Shown: in pieces, positions 10,191-18,909 of the stretch | Layout of the letters: every line of letters begins with the position of its first letter | Numbering within the stretch: the stretch's first letter is position 1 | Source of the DNA: Nitrospinales bacterium | GTDB taxonomy: Bacteria; Nitrospinota_A; UBA7883; JACRGQ01 | Reading direction: 5' to 3' | DNA length: 64,000 nucleotides | NCBI GenBank assembly: GCA_023248535.1 | Contig: JAHFEJ010000004.1 | Location: 3,012-67,011 of the forward strand | The notes under the pieces: model-generated | The model's input: the letters and a program-made list of their open reading frames with translations, nothing else | What the model was told of the DNA's origin: nothing | Databases searched by the model: none | Translations under genes and position numbers: made by a program

Positions 10191-10552
10191 CGGTGGACGA
10201 AGAAGGACGGTCTATTAAAGAAAGTTCGGAAGAAGAAGCCCGGGTAGTCATTGAAAAATCCGAGGAAGAGAAAAATGCGCTCGCCTCGATCACAAAAGAG
10301 CTGGATCAATATCTCGATATCCCGTTGACCGTCAGCACCGAGCTGGGACGCACCAAGATCACCGTCCGCGAAATACTGAAACTGAAAGACGGCGCCGTCA
10401 TCGAGCTTCACAAGCTGGTGGGAGAGCCGATGGAAATCTACATTAACGGCCTTCTTACCGCCCGCGGCGAAGTGGTGGTGGTGAACGAACGCTTCGGCAT
10501 CCGCGTGACCGACGTTATCGACCCGATGGAAATCATCCGGCAGAACGCCTAG
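10187..10552 (+). CDS. fliN: Flagellar motor switch protein FliN (SpoA domain)
   Basis: LDIPLTVSTELGRTKITVREILKLKDGAVIELHKLVGEPMEIYINGLLTARGEVVVVNERFGIRV is the canonical FliN/SpoA C-terminal domain; GTG start (10187 or 10193) overlapping the upstream stop. Confidence 0.85.
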   Translation: MTVDEEGRSIKESSEEEARVVIEKSEEEKNALASITKELDQYLDIPLTVSTELGRTKITVREILKLKDGAVIELHKLVGEPMEIYINGLLTARGEVVVVNERFGIRVTDVIDPMEIIRQNA

Positions 10553-10586
10553 GCCACACGCCGCCCCATCCCTTGCTCCTCCCTCC

Positions 10587-13037
10587 TCAGCCAAGATAAC
10601 GGGTGACGCGGGGAATGAAATCTTCCGGCACGATCGGCTTGGCGATGAAGTCGTTCGCGCCCAATTCAAACACCTTGCGCCGGATATCGATCAGTTCGCC
10701 GCTGACCCCGGTGGAAGAGGAAATGGCGCTGTTAACGATCACGGGAAGCGTTTGAAGTAATGGATTGGCCCGAATCTCCCGGAGCAGCTCAAATCCATCC
10801 ATTTCAGGCATGCCAAGATCGGTGATCAACAACATGACCGAAGTGGTTTTCAGTATCTCCAGGGCCTCCACCCCATTAGAGGCTTCAATGACTTCCACAT
10901 CCTTTATTTCCAGGATGTGCTTTCTCATGATGGCGCGCTGCACCTCTTGATCGTCCGCCACCAGAACCACCGGCCGGATCGGCGGGAACCGCATGGAAAA
11001 AACGGCGCCCCGTCCCTCAACCGAGGCGACCGTTAAATCACCGCCATGGGCTTCCATGATTTCCTTGCAATAGGGAAGCCCCAGCCCCGTTCCCTTTTCA
11101 CCGCCGGTTCCCGTGGTGGTCGTTTTCACCTCCGGCCTGAAAATATCGGGCAGAAGCGATGCCGGTATGCCAACGCCGCCGTCCTTCACGGTGATGGTGT
11201 GGGGATCGGAGGCCCCCACGGTTATGCTGTCGCCTTCACGGCAGAATTTCACGGCGTTTGAAACAAGGTTATTCAATACTTCCAAGATCAGCGCGGTGTC
11301 GGCGAAAACCTTCATGCCGGAGGGGACTTCGTTGATGAGCCGAATCCCTTTTTTCTCGGCGGCCGGAGAGTAATGCCCGAACGAAGAGGCCGCAATATCG
11401 CGTACCGTCACGGGCTTTTTAATCACCAAAATCTTTCCCGACTGCAAACGGCTTAAATCGAGCAATTGATCGATCATCTCCAACAGGCCGCCAAGGTTTC
11501 CGCGCGCCCTCGACAACAAATTCGTCTCCGCCGCCGCGTTCACATTATAATGTTCCTTATTTTCCAGCATTCCCAGGAGCGCCATCACATTCCCCAGCGG
11601 TCCGCGCAGGTCATGCGAGACGAGCGAGATAAACTTGTTTTTGATTTTGGTGGCGTCCTCGGCATGTTCTTTTTCGATCCGCAGCGCGGTCGTCCTTTGC
11701 TCCACTTTTATTTCCAGTTGTTCCTTGGCCTCCAGCAGTATCTGGTGCACCCGCATTTCGTTTTCCAGCGCGCGCGCCTGCGCCTCCTCCTTTTCCCGCC
11801 GGATGGCCGCCGTCTTATCCTTTATGGCTTCCGAAATGGCTATCGACATGAGAATCGCCTCGGCGCAAACACCAACATCCATTGCGTGGCTGGTAATTGC
11901 CGAAAACGGCACCACACCCAGATGAACCAGGCCGTACACCACGATCCCCGCGATGCTGGATGCCCAGGCAAGAAGGAAGAACCGCGCGGCGCGCAAACCG
12001 TTTTTCAACGCCATAACGCCGGCCGCCAATAGCAGCGGCGGATACACCAACGCGGTACAAACAATGATCATGTGGAGTTGGGTATAATTGGGCCATGTCA
12101 GCGACAAAATGGTCATAATGCCACACGCCCAGAGATAGCCAACCATAAGACGGTCGGCGCGGGGAGCTGTTACCCGCGAGTTGAGAAAGACGCGCGCAAA
12201 AACAATCCCGCTTGACTCGACATACATCACGGCAAAGAGTATCGAATGTTTGGACCACCACAGCCAATCCGGCCAGAAATAGGCGTGGGCGAATCCATTG
12301 AAAACCAGGTTCTCAAAAATCCAGCTGGAAAGATAAATGACATAGACGATACTGCTTTTTTCCTTCAGGGAAATAAACATGAACAGGTTGTAGCAAAACA
12401 CGGCGAACAACACACCGAAATTCAGGCCATACAACAGCCATTCGTTCCTCTGCCGCCTGTGGAAATTATTTTCGTTCCATAAGGTAAAGGGTGTCATAAA
12501 CGTAGTTTCCGTCTTGACGCGCAGGTAAAGCGTTGTTTCACCCGGACCGGCACGGAACGGAAAGACCAAGCCCTGGCTGACAATCCCCGTTTCTTCTGGA
12601 ACCTCCATCAAGCCCGCCCTCCGCTCCGTAAACCCCCCTTCCGGCCGGGGAACATAAAGCAATACATGGTCGAGGTGGGTAAAATCCGTTCCGAGAATTG
12701 CTTCGAAGGGAGAAGCGGAGGGATTATCGACCGCCACCTTGAACCAGATGGCTGATGCGGTGAAACCAAAATAGAGGTTATCCATTCTGCTGGGTGCAAA
12801 ACGGGACTGAAACGCGGGCGATGAAACATCGGCGATGGTCAACGCCCCGCCGGGGTCTTCAAAAATATCGACGTGGCGCCCTAACCTATAAAGAGCGGTC
12901 TTGCCATCCAGCACAACCGGTGACGCTTCTGACGTTGTTGCCGCCAAAGACGGAAAAGACTGAAAAGAAAAAAAGAGTGCGGCGATCCCCATAATGAGAA
13001 AATAAGTCCCGCCCCTTTTCCGATTTGCCAACACCAC
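10587..13037 (-). CDS. Hybrid sensor histidine kinase with 7TMR-DISM periplasmic and 7TM domains, HisKA, HATPase_c and C-terminal receiver
   Basis: 816 aa: signal peptide, periplasmic domain, 7 TM helices, coiled coil, H-box (LVSHDLRGPL), HATPase (DGGVGIP...GTGLGL), receiver (VLVADDQ...DLGMPEMDG). Confidence 0.85.
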   Translation of the reverse strand: MVLANRKRGGTYFLIMGIAALFFSFQSFPSLAATTSEASPVVLDGKTALYRLGRHVDIFEDPGGALTIADVSSPAFQSRFAPSRMDNLYFGFTASAIWFKVAVDNPSASPFEAILGTDFTHLDHVLLYVPRPEGGFTERRAGLMEVPEETGIVSQGLVFPFRAGPGETTLYLRVKTETTFMTPFTLWNENNFHRRQRNEWLLYGLNFGVLFAVFCYNLFMFISLKEKSSIVYVIYLSSWIFENLVFNGFAHAYFWPDWLWWSKHSILFAVMYVESSGIVFARVFLNSRVTAPRADRLMVGYLWACGIMTILSLTWPNYTQLHMIIVCTALVYPPLLLAAGVMALKNGLRAARFFLLAWASSIAGIVVYGLVHLGVVPFSAITSHAMDVGVCAEAILMSIAISEAIKDKTAAIRREKEEAQARALENEMRVHQILLEAKEQLEIKVEQRTTALRIEKEHAEDATKIKNKFISLVSHDLRGPLGNVMALLGMLENKEHYNVNAAAETNLLSRARGNLGGLLEMIDQLLDLSRLQSGKILVIKKPVTVRDIAASSFGHYSPAAEKKGIRLINEVPSGMKVFADTALILEVLNNLVSNAVKFCREGDSITVGASDPHTITVKDGGVGIPASLLPDIFRPEVKTTTTGTGGEKGTGLGLPYCKEIMEAHGGDLTVASVEGRGAVFSMRFPPIRPVVLVADDQEVQRAIMRKHILEIKDVEVIEASNGVEALEILKTTSVMLLITDLGMPEMDGFELLREIRANPLLQTLPVIVNSAISSSTGVSGELIDIRRKVFELGANDFIAKPIVPEDFIPRVTRYLG

Positions 13038-13139
13038 TCCCCTTTAACCCCTTTACGCACACCGCCACGCCACAATTACCCGACAGACCTGTATAAATCA
13101 AAAATCCAATAACTATTGCGCCGCGGTTGCCAAATATCA

Positions 13140-13425
13140 TACCATTTTGACATTATTTTTGTTGAAGCAACAAGATGTAGTTATGACCCTCGGCACGGTA
13201 TACTTTTCCTTGATACAAAATACCCGAGCATTTTTATAAGATTTACATAGGTCATTAACATATTATTAATAGCCAACTGACGATCTAAAACTATAACTAT
13301 TTGTTTTTGTTATCTTATTACATGTGCACTTGCTAACATTAATAGTTGACAAATGCACTATGGTTTATATAAAATAGTTGAAGTTTGATAAACTGACCTT
13401 ATGTTGATATAAGTTAAATTTATGG
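13140..13425. promoter_or_regulatory. AT-rich (~30% GC) intergenic island upstream of the sulfur-assimilation cluster; probable promoter/regulatory region
   Basis: Roughly 290 bp of A/T-rich sequence in a ~62% GC genome, immediately upstream of the sulfite reductase gene; contains sigma70-like TTGACA-N16-TATAAA (about 13346-13373). Confidence 0.4.
13346..13373 (+). promoter_or_regulatory. Candidate sigma70-type promoter (TTGACA-16 bp-TATAAA)
   Basis: Consensus -35 hexamer and near-consensus -10 with 16-bp spacer, ~50 bp upstream of the ATG at 13426. Confidence 0.35.
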
Positions 13426-14466
13426 GTGGATATGGATACCAAAAAGAAAAAGCTGAAGATATCGGTCGATCACAACCTTGAAGAACGGACAATCAAGCGG
13501 ATTGAGGTGAATGCTGAAGTGTCCGGCAAAAAACCGGTTGGAAAAATCAATTTTGCCGAACTGCGCGCGGGCGGCTTCATCAAACAGCGCCAGAAGGACA
13601 AGTTCACGGTCCGCCTTAAGTGCCCCGGCGGCAACATGACCCTCGACCGGCTCAAGACCATCGTGGCGGCCACCGAAAAATTCGGCAGCGGCCAGCTGCA
13701 TCTCTCCACGCGCCAGTCGATGGAGATTCTGCATGTGGATTATCACAACTTCGGGCCGCTGGTGGATCTGCTGAAAGAAGCCGGCCAGGACGTTGCATCC
13801 TGCGGACCGCGCGTGCGGGTGCCGAATGCCTGCGGCGGTTGCGAATACAACCCGAACGGCATCACCGATACGCAAAAAATGGCCAACGTGGTGAATGAGA
13901 AGTTTTTCGGCATGCGGACGAACCACAAATTCAAGATGTCGTTCTCCGGTTGCCCGCACGACTGCATACACGCCGCCAGCGCCGACCTCGGCTTGATCGG
14001 CACCGTATGGCCGGTGTGGGAAGAAGCCAGTTGCACCGGGTGCACCATCTGCGCCTCGGCCTGCACCGAGGGGGCGATAGAATCGCACCCCGAAACCGGC
14101 AAGCCGATATTTGACGCGGAAAAGTGCCTTTACTGCGACGACTGCGTACGGGCCTGCCCCACCAGCTCGTGGACCGCGGGGAAAACCGGCCATAGCCTGC
14201 GGGTGGGCGGCCACCACGGGCGGCATCCGGTAAATAGCACCATCGCGGCCCGTTTCCTCACCGACGAAGAGGCGGAAGCCGCCATTGGCGCGTCCATTGC
14301 GTGGTACCAGAAAGCGGGCGAAGGCAAAGGCCGCATCCGGCTGGGCAACTTGCTGATGCAAGAGGGGCAAATGGAAAGCTATATGGCGGCGCTGGCCGAT
14401 GCGATCGGCCCGGAAAAGCTGGAGGAGAACATTGAGGCTCCCCAGAAGATAACCATCAGGAGATGA
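13426..14466 (+). CDS. Small ferredoxin-domain-containing sulfite reductase (nitrite/sulfite reductase family, AsrC/alSir-like)
   Basis: 346 aa; nitrite/sulfite reductase ferredoxin-like half-domain, siroheme/4Fe-4S cysteine cluster region (SCGPRVRVPNACGGC...SGCPHDC) and inserted 2x[4Fe-4S] ferredoxin motif (CTGCTICASAC...CLYCDDCVRACP). Confidence 0.7.
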   Translation: MDMDTKKKKLKISVDHNLEERTIKRIEVNAEVSGKKPVGKINFAELRAGGFIKQRQKDKFTVRLKCPGGNMTLDRLKTIVAATEKFGSGQLHLSTRQSMEILHVDYHNFGPLVDLLKEAGQDVASCGPRVRVPNACGGCEYNPNGITDTQKMANVVNEKFFGMRTNHKFKMSFSGCPHDCIHAASADLGLIGTVWPVWEEASCTGCTICASACTEGAIESHPETGKPIFDAEKCLYCDDCVRACPTSSWTAGKTGHSLRVGGHHGRHPVNSTIAARFLTDEEAEAAIGASIAWYQKAGEGKGRIRLGNLLMQEGQMESYMAALADAIGPEKLEENIEAPQKITIRR

Positions 14467-14711
14467 GCATGGCGGAAATAGCGGCGGACAAATTTATTGA
14501 TATCTCCAGCGAGGTGTGCCCGATGTCGTTCGTGCTGACCAAGCTGGCCCTGGATGAGCTGGAAGACGGGCAGGTGTTGGAACTTGTCTGTCAGGCCGGC
14601 GATCCGGTGCGCAACATCTCTATACAGTTGAAGGATGAAGGGCAGATGATCATCAGCGTAAAAAAGGAAACAGACGGGAATTTCCGCCTGAAAATAAGAA
14701 AAAACGGTTAA
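14463..14711 (+). CDS. TusA-like sulfurtransferase
   Basis: 82 aa with the CPxP active-site motif (ISSEVCPMSFV) near the N-terminus; ATGA overlap with the upstream gene. Confidence 0.8.
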   Translation: MSMAEIAADKFIDISSEVCPMSFVLTKLALDELEDGQVLELVCQAGDPVRNISIQLKDEGQMIISVKKETDGNFRLKIRKNG

Positions 14712-14738
14712 CTAAAAAGCAGGAAGGGATAAAGGACG

Positions 14739-15458
14739 ATGAGCAAAACAACTGAGAACCTCAAAGAGTTGGTCGAGAAGCTGCACTTCGGCGAAAAAGT
14801 TGCCCGCGCGGAGGAGCTGCTGCGCAGCTACTACGACCTGTATGGCGACAACGCAGTCATCGCGAACTCGCTGGGCAAGGACAGCATGGTGGTGTGGGAT
14901 ATGGCGCTGCGGGTGAACCCCAACGCCAAGGGCTTCATCGTCACCACCCCCTACAAGCCGAAGCAGACCAAAGACTACATGGAAATGCTGATGGCCAAAT
15001 ACCCCAAAAACCTGAAGCTGTACCAGGCCGAGGGAGACGGCAGCGAAGAGCTGTACAAAGAAACCCCCGATATCTGCTGCGACAAGTACAAGGTGGAACC
15101 GGTGCGCCGCGCCGTGGAAGATATGAATGTTAAATGCTGGATCACCGGCCTGCGCTGCACCGAAGGACGCACCCGCACCGACTTCCAGGAAGTGGAAGAG
15201 CGCGACAAGGGGTTGATAAAACTGAACCCGATACTGCTGTTCAAGGAGCGCGAAGTGTGGCAGTACCTGGCCGTGTACGGCGTGCCGTGCAACGAACTGT
15301 ACAGGCACGGGTTCCGCTCGCTCGGATGCGCCCCCTGCACCAGCATCACCGCCGATGACAACGAGAGGGCCGGCCGCTGGATCGGCACCTCGAAGTGCGG
15401 CGGCGAATGCGGCATCCACACGAGGCCTTTGAAAGGGGCCGTGGGCGCCGAAGCGTAA
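14739..15458 (+). CDS. cysH: Adenylyl-sulfate/phosphoadenylyl-sulfate reductase (CysH family, Fe-S type)
   Basis: PP-loop-like NSLGKDSMVV; CC...CxxC cysteine pattern (DICCDKY ... CAPC) typical of 4Fe-4S APS reductases; C-terminal ECGIH matches the conserved CysH ECGLH catalytic motif. Confidence 0.8.
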   Translation: MSKTTENLKELVEKLHFGEKVARAEELLRSYYDLYGDNAVIANSLGKDSMVVWDMALRVNPNAKGFIVTTPYKPKQTKDYMEMLMAKYPKNLKLYQAEGDGSEELYKETPDICCDKYKVEPVRRAVEDMNVKCWITGLRCTEGRTRTDFQEVEERDKGLIKLNPILLFKEREVWQYLAVYGVPCNELYRHGFRSLGCAPCTSITADDNERAGRWIGTSKCGGECGIHTRPLKGAVGAEA

Positions 15459-15475
15459 CTAAACGCCAACCGGGT

Positions 15476-15510
15476 TCCCCCGCCATGCGGCGGGGGACCT
15501 GATTTTTTTA
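15476..15510 (+). terminator. Rho-independent terminator (CCCCCGCC-loop-GGCGGGGG + T-tract)
   Basis: GTTCCCCCGCCATGCGGCGGGGGACCTGATTTTTTTAATTTT directly after the cysH stop. Confidence 0.65.
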
Positions 15511-15532
15511 ATTTTAATTGTATGGACAGCCA

Positions 15533-16288
15533 ATGGAAGCCGTTCTCGGGTTTGTAATAGCCTTCGCCATAGCCATTACCGGCGTGGGGGCCGGCACCAT
15601 CACCGCGCCCGTCCTGATGCTGTTCCTTGGCGTCGAGCCCGCCATCGCGGTCGGAACGGCGCTCGTCTTCTCCGTTATCGTAAAAATTCCCGCTGGCATT
15701 TCATACTACGCCAAGAAAAAGGTACATATCCCCACCCTGCTGCTGATGGCCGCGGGGGGCGTGCCGGGGGTGATCGTGGGCACTTTCCTGCTCGGCCATC
15801 TGGCCCAAAACAAGGAACTTAAAACGATCATCCTCACCATCGTCGGCGCGATCGTCCTTCTTTCCGCCATCATGAACATCACGCTGATGGTGAAACGGGT
15901 CGATCTTTCCAGCCATCACAAAAAGCTCAAGCCGCTTATACCGCTCTTCACCTTCTTCATCGGCTTTGAAGTGGGCTTCAGCTCCGCCGGGGCGGGCGCG
16001 CTTGGCACCCTCCTGCTGCTCTATACCACCAACCTTTTCGCCTGCACCGTTATCGGCACCGACATCCTTTTCGGCCTGATTCTTTCAGCCGTGGGCGGCG
16101 GAATGCACTTGGGCATGGGAAGCGTCGATCACCTGCTGACGCTGAAACTTGCCGCCGGGGGGATTTTTGGATCGCTGGCGGGCGTTCATTTTGCTTCCAT
16201 GATCCCCACAAGACCGCTGCGTTTTGCGTTGCTGGCGTGGCTTATCTTCATCGGCTCGCAACTCCTCTACCGCGGCATCACCGGGTAG
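15533..16288 (+). CDS. TauE/SafE (TSUP) family sulfite/anion exporter
   Basis: Polytopic membrane protein with two TSUP repeats (GVGAGTITAPVLMLFLGV ... GAGALGTLLLLY); ORF opens at TTG 15518, first ATG at 15533. Confidence 0.8.
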   Translation: MEAVLGFVIAFAIAITGVGAGTITAPVLMLFLGVEPAIAVGTALVFSVIVKIPAGISYYAKKKVHIPTLLLMAAGGVPGVIVGTFLLGHLAQNKELKTIILTIVGAIVLLSAIMNITLMVKRVDLSSHHKKLKPLIPLFTFFIGFEVGFSSAGAGALGTLLLLYTTNLFACTVIGTDILFGLILSAVGGGMHLGMGSVDHLLTLKLAAGGIFGSLAGVHFASMIPTRPLRFALLAWLIFIGSQLLYRGITG

Positions 16289-16841
16289 CGGAGGGAAAGC
16301 GGGCGGCAAGTTCCGTCCGCACGGCGGCGGTTTTTTCGGTATCGGCAAGTTCCGTGTAACAGCGCTCCAGCATGGTGAGTGCGCTGTGATAGCGGCTCGG
16401 ATTGAGCAACGCCGTCCCCTTCCGCGAAAGCTGGCGCGCGCGTTCAAAATGCGGCGCGGCGGCGGCCCATTCCTTCGCCCAAGCGTGAAACATCCCCGCT
16501 TCAAAATGCGTCTTCGCGTTTTCCGGATCCAGCGCCAGCGCTTTCTCATACGCGCGTAACGCTTCATCATGCCGCCCGGCGGAACGGTAAAGGGCGGCGA
16601 CATCACTCCACGCCACGGGATTTTCACCGTCAAATACCAGCCATTTTTCCGATACCCGGATCGCATCGTTAAAACGTCCGGTTCCCGCATACCCGGCGGC
16701 ACGGGACTGGACAAACCGCATCAACGCCGGTTTCAGAGCAATCAGCAGCAGCGGCACTAGCAGCAGGGTGACGGCAAGCCGTACCCATAAACCGGGATCC
16801 TCCGCCTGAGCGTGATTGTGGCCGTGTTCGTTTCCGCTCAT
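16278..16841 (-). CDS. TPR-repeat membrane-anchored protein (CcmH/NrfG-like)
   Basis: N-terminal His-rich segment, one TM helix, then TPR-like repeats (AALYRSAGRHDEALRAYEKALALDPENAKTHFEAG); 4-nt overlap with ccdA. Confidence 0.55.
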   Translation of the reverse strand: MSGNEHGHNHAQAEDPGLWVRLAVTLLLVPLLLIALKPALMRFVQSRAAGYAGTGRFNDAIRVSEKWLVFDGENPVAWSDVAALYRSAGRHDEALRAYEKALALDPENAKTHFEAGMFHAWAKEWAAAAPHFERARQLSRKGTALLNPSRYHSALTMLERCYTELADTEKTAAVRTELAARFPSATR

Positions 16842-17554
16842 GCGATCAGAATAAATGCGAGGCCCGCCACAACGAGCAGATTACCGGCCAAAAGCTTCAT
16901 GTACGCTTCCATCCGCCGGACATTTGCCTGTTCGCGGCGGAACATGCTGGCGGATAACGCGACGGCAATGAGCGGCACGCACTGCCCCGCCGCGTAACTG
17001 GCGAAAAGCAATGCCGACTGGAATACCGCGCCGTTGAGGAACGAAAGCCCGGCGATGCCTACCAGCGCCGCGCCGCAGCAGGGACACGAAGGAAGCTCCA
17101 ATACGGCGAAAACCACACCGAAACCGAAAGCCGACCTGGCGTTGTTTATCCGCGCGGTGATGGCATCGCAACGGTCCCGCAGCCATGAGGCGCGGGAAGG
17201 TATCAGGCCCGCGAACAGTGCGCCCGCGCCGATCAGCAGAACGCCCAATACCCAGTAAATCGGGCGGCTGGACTGCTCCATCCCCCGTGCCAACCCGCTT
17301 ATGCTGCTGAATGCGATCCCCAACAATGTGAAGCTGACGATGAGTCCCAGCGAAAAGGCCAACGTGTGGATCAATACCCTTTTTTGCGATTCGGGAGAGG
17401 CTGCCGAGTAACCGAACACCACCGGCAGCCGCAGAATAGTGCAAGAAGCGAGTGATGCTCCCGCGCCCGCGGCGAATGACAGCGGCACCAGTTGGAGCAA
17501 CGTCCCGCCCGTAAGCACATCCAGGGATAAAGAACCGTCACCGAACAGCGCCAT
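16838..17554 (-). CDS. ccdA: Cytochrome c-type biogenesis protein CcdA (DsbD transmembrane domain)
   Basis: 238-aa polytopic membrane protein with paired cysteines in TM1 (VLELPSCPCCGAALVG) characteristic of CcdA/DsbD. Confidence 0.75.
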   Translation of the reverse strand: MALFGDGSLSLDVLTGGTLLQLVPLSFAAGAGASLASCTILRLPVVFGYSAASPESQKRVLIHTLAFSLGLIVSFTLLGIAFSSISGLARGMEQSSRPIYWVLGVLLIGAGALFAGLIPSRASWLRDRCDAITARINNARSAFGFGVVFAVLELPSCPCCGAALVGIAGLSFLNGAVFQSALLFASYAAGQCVPLIAVALSASMFRREQANVRRMEAYMKLLAGNLLVVAGLAFILIA

Positions 17555-17577
17555 ACATCACACTCCGCCGTAAGACA

Positions 17578-17826
17578 TTAAAGGTCTTGCACCGCAGCCC
17601 GCTTTTTAGTCTTTTCCAGTTTTTTAATGCGGGCTTCAGCCTTGTGGGCATCGCTTTTCGCAAGTGGCCGGCTTTTTATCAACAGCTTTACCGGCAACCG
17701 CCCACGGGTGTATTTCGCCCCTTTTCCGCTGTTATGGGTGGCGAACCGCTTGCTTACATCAGTGGTCACGCCGCAGTAGCGGGTGCCGTCGGCGCATTTC
17801 AGCAGATACACATACCAACCGGCCAT
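17578..17826 (-). CDS. GIY-YIG nuclease family protein (small, standalone)
   Basis: 83 aa starting [34 protein letters not shown]...; GIY-YIG core (YVYLL...YCG); the longer ORF call extends into the upstream gene and is rejected. Confidence 0.85.
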   Translation of the reverse strand: MAGWYVYLLKCADGTRYCGVTTDVSKRFATHNSGKGAKYTRGRLPVKLLIKSRPLAKSDAHKAEARIKKLEKTKKRAAVQDL

Positions 17827-17851
17827 GTAGCTCAGCCTAACACGGTGGCAG

Positions 17852-18883
17852 CTAGAAGCCCATTTCAATGGCCTGGAGCATCTTCTTGGCCTCCGTGAAA
17901 GCGGGGTTTTTCTCCAGCGCCCGCAAAAAGCATTTTTTCGCTTCCTCGATGTTCTTCGCCTCCAGGTAGGCGCGCCCCAGATTGAAAAGGATGTTTTCGT
18001 CATCCGGATCGACATCGATGGCCCGCCGGTAGAGGTTGATCGCCTCGGTGTAATTATGGCGGCGGCGATAGATGATACCAAGCGAGTTATAAATATTGAC
18101 CACCTGCGGGTTGATGCGGAGCACTTCCTTGAAGACTTCCTCGGCTTCGTCGTCCATGTTCCGTTCGAGGAAAATCTTGCCCGCTTTTTCGTAGCATTTT
18201 TCGGCCTCTTCCTGCTCGTTCAGCTTCATGTAGACTTGCCCCATCATCTTGTAGGCGCGGCCGTGGAAATTGTTTATCATCACCGCCTTGCGGAAGGCGA
18301 TGATCGCCTCGTCGTACTTCCCCTGCGCCGCCTTGATATAGCCGATGTTGTAATAAACATCGGCGTCTTCCCCCACCCCCAGTACCTCCTTGTAGATGGC
18401 GAGGGCGGCATCAAGTTTCCCGATGGCGACCATCTGTTTGGCTTTGGTGAAAAGGTCTTCGATCTTGGTGGTGGCGCTGTCCGGGGCGCTGGTAAGGACG
18501 GAGGCGATCTTCTGATCCAGTACGCCGGCTTTGAGCGGTTCCAGCATGATGGACGTAACGCCGAATTTTCCCGCCTCCACCACCATATCGCGGTTGATGG
18601 TGCTGCATACCAGGATGAATGGGATGTTGAACAATTCTTCATCGGCAGAGACCACTTTCAGCAAGGTCATGCCGCTCATCTGGGGCATATCCCACGCGGC
18701 GATAATGAAGTTGATCGGCCGCCGCTTCAGGATATGGAAAGCGGATGCCCCGTCGACGGCCTGATCGAAGTGGACGTAATCCGCCGATTTCAGCATCGCG
18801 ATAATGGTTTCCCGCTTCACGCGGTCGGCATCCGCTATGAGGAAATAAACCCTGTTTTTGTTCAGTATCTTTTCGGTGGTCAT
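17852..18883 (-). CDS. Response regulator receiver domain fused to TPR repeats
   Basis: N-terminal REC (FLIADAD...[12 protein letters not shown]...K) followed by multiple TPR motifs ([26 protein letters not shown]...). Confidence 0.8.
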   Translation of the reverse strand: MTTEKILNKNRVYFLIADADRVKRETIIAMLKSADYVHFDQAVDGASAFHILKRRPINFIIAAWDMPQMSGMTLLKVVSADEELFNIPFILVCSTINRDMVVEAGKFGVTSIMLEPLKAGVLDQKIASVLTSAPDSATTKIEDLFTKAKQMVAIGKLDAALAIYKEVLGVGEDADVYYNIGYIKAAQGKYDEAIIAFRKAVMINNFHGRAYKMMGQVYMKLNEQEEAEKCYEKAGKIFLERNMDDEAEEVFKEVLRINPQVVNIYNSLGIIYRRRHNYTEAINLYRRAIDVDPDDENILFNLGRAYLEAKNIEEAKKCFLRALEKNPAFTEAKKMLQAIEMGF

Positions 18884-18909
18884 TACTGTTACAGATTACA
18901 CCGGATACG

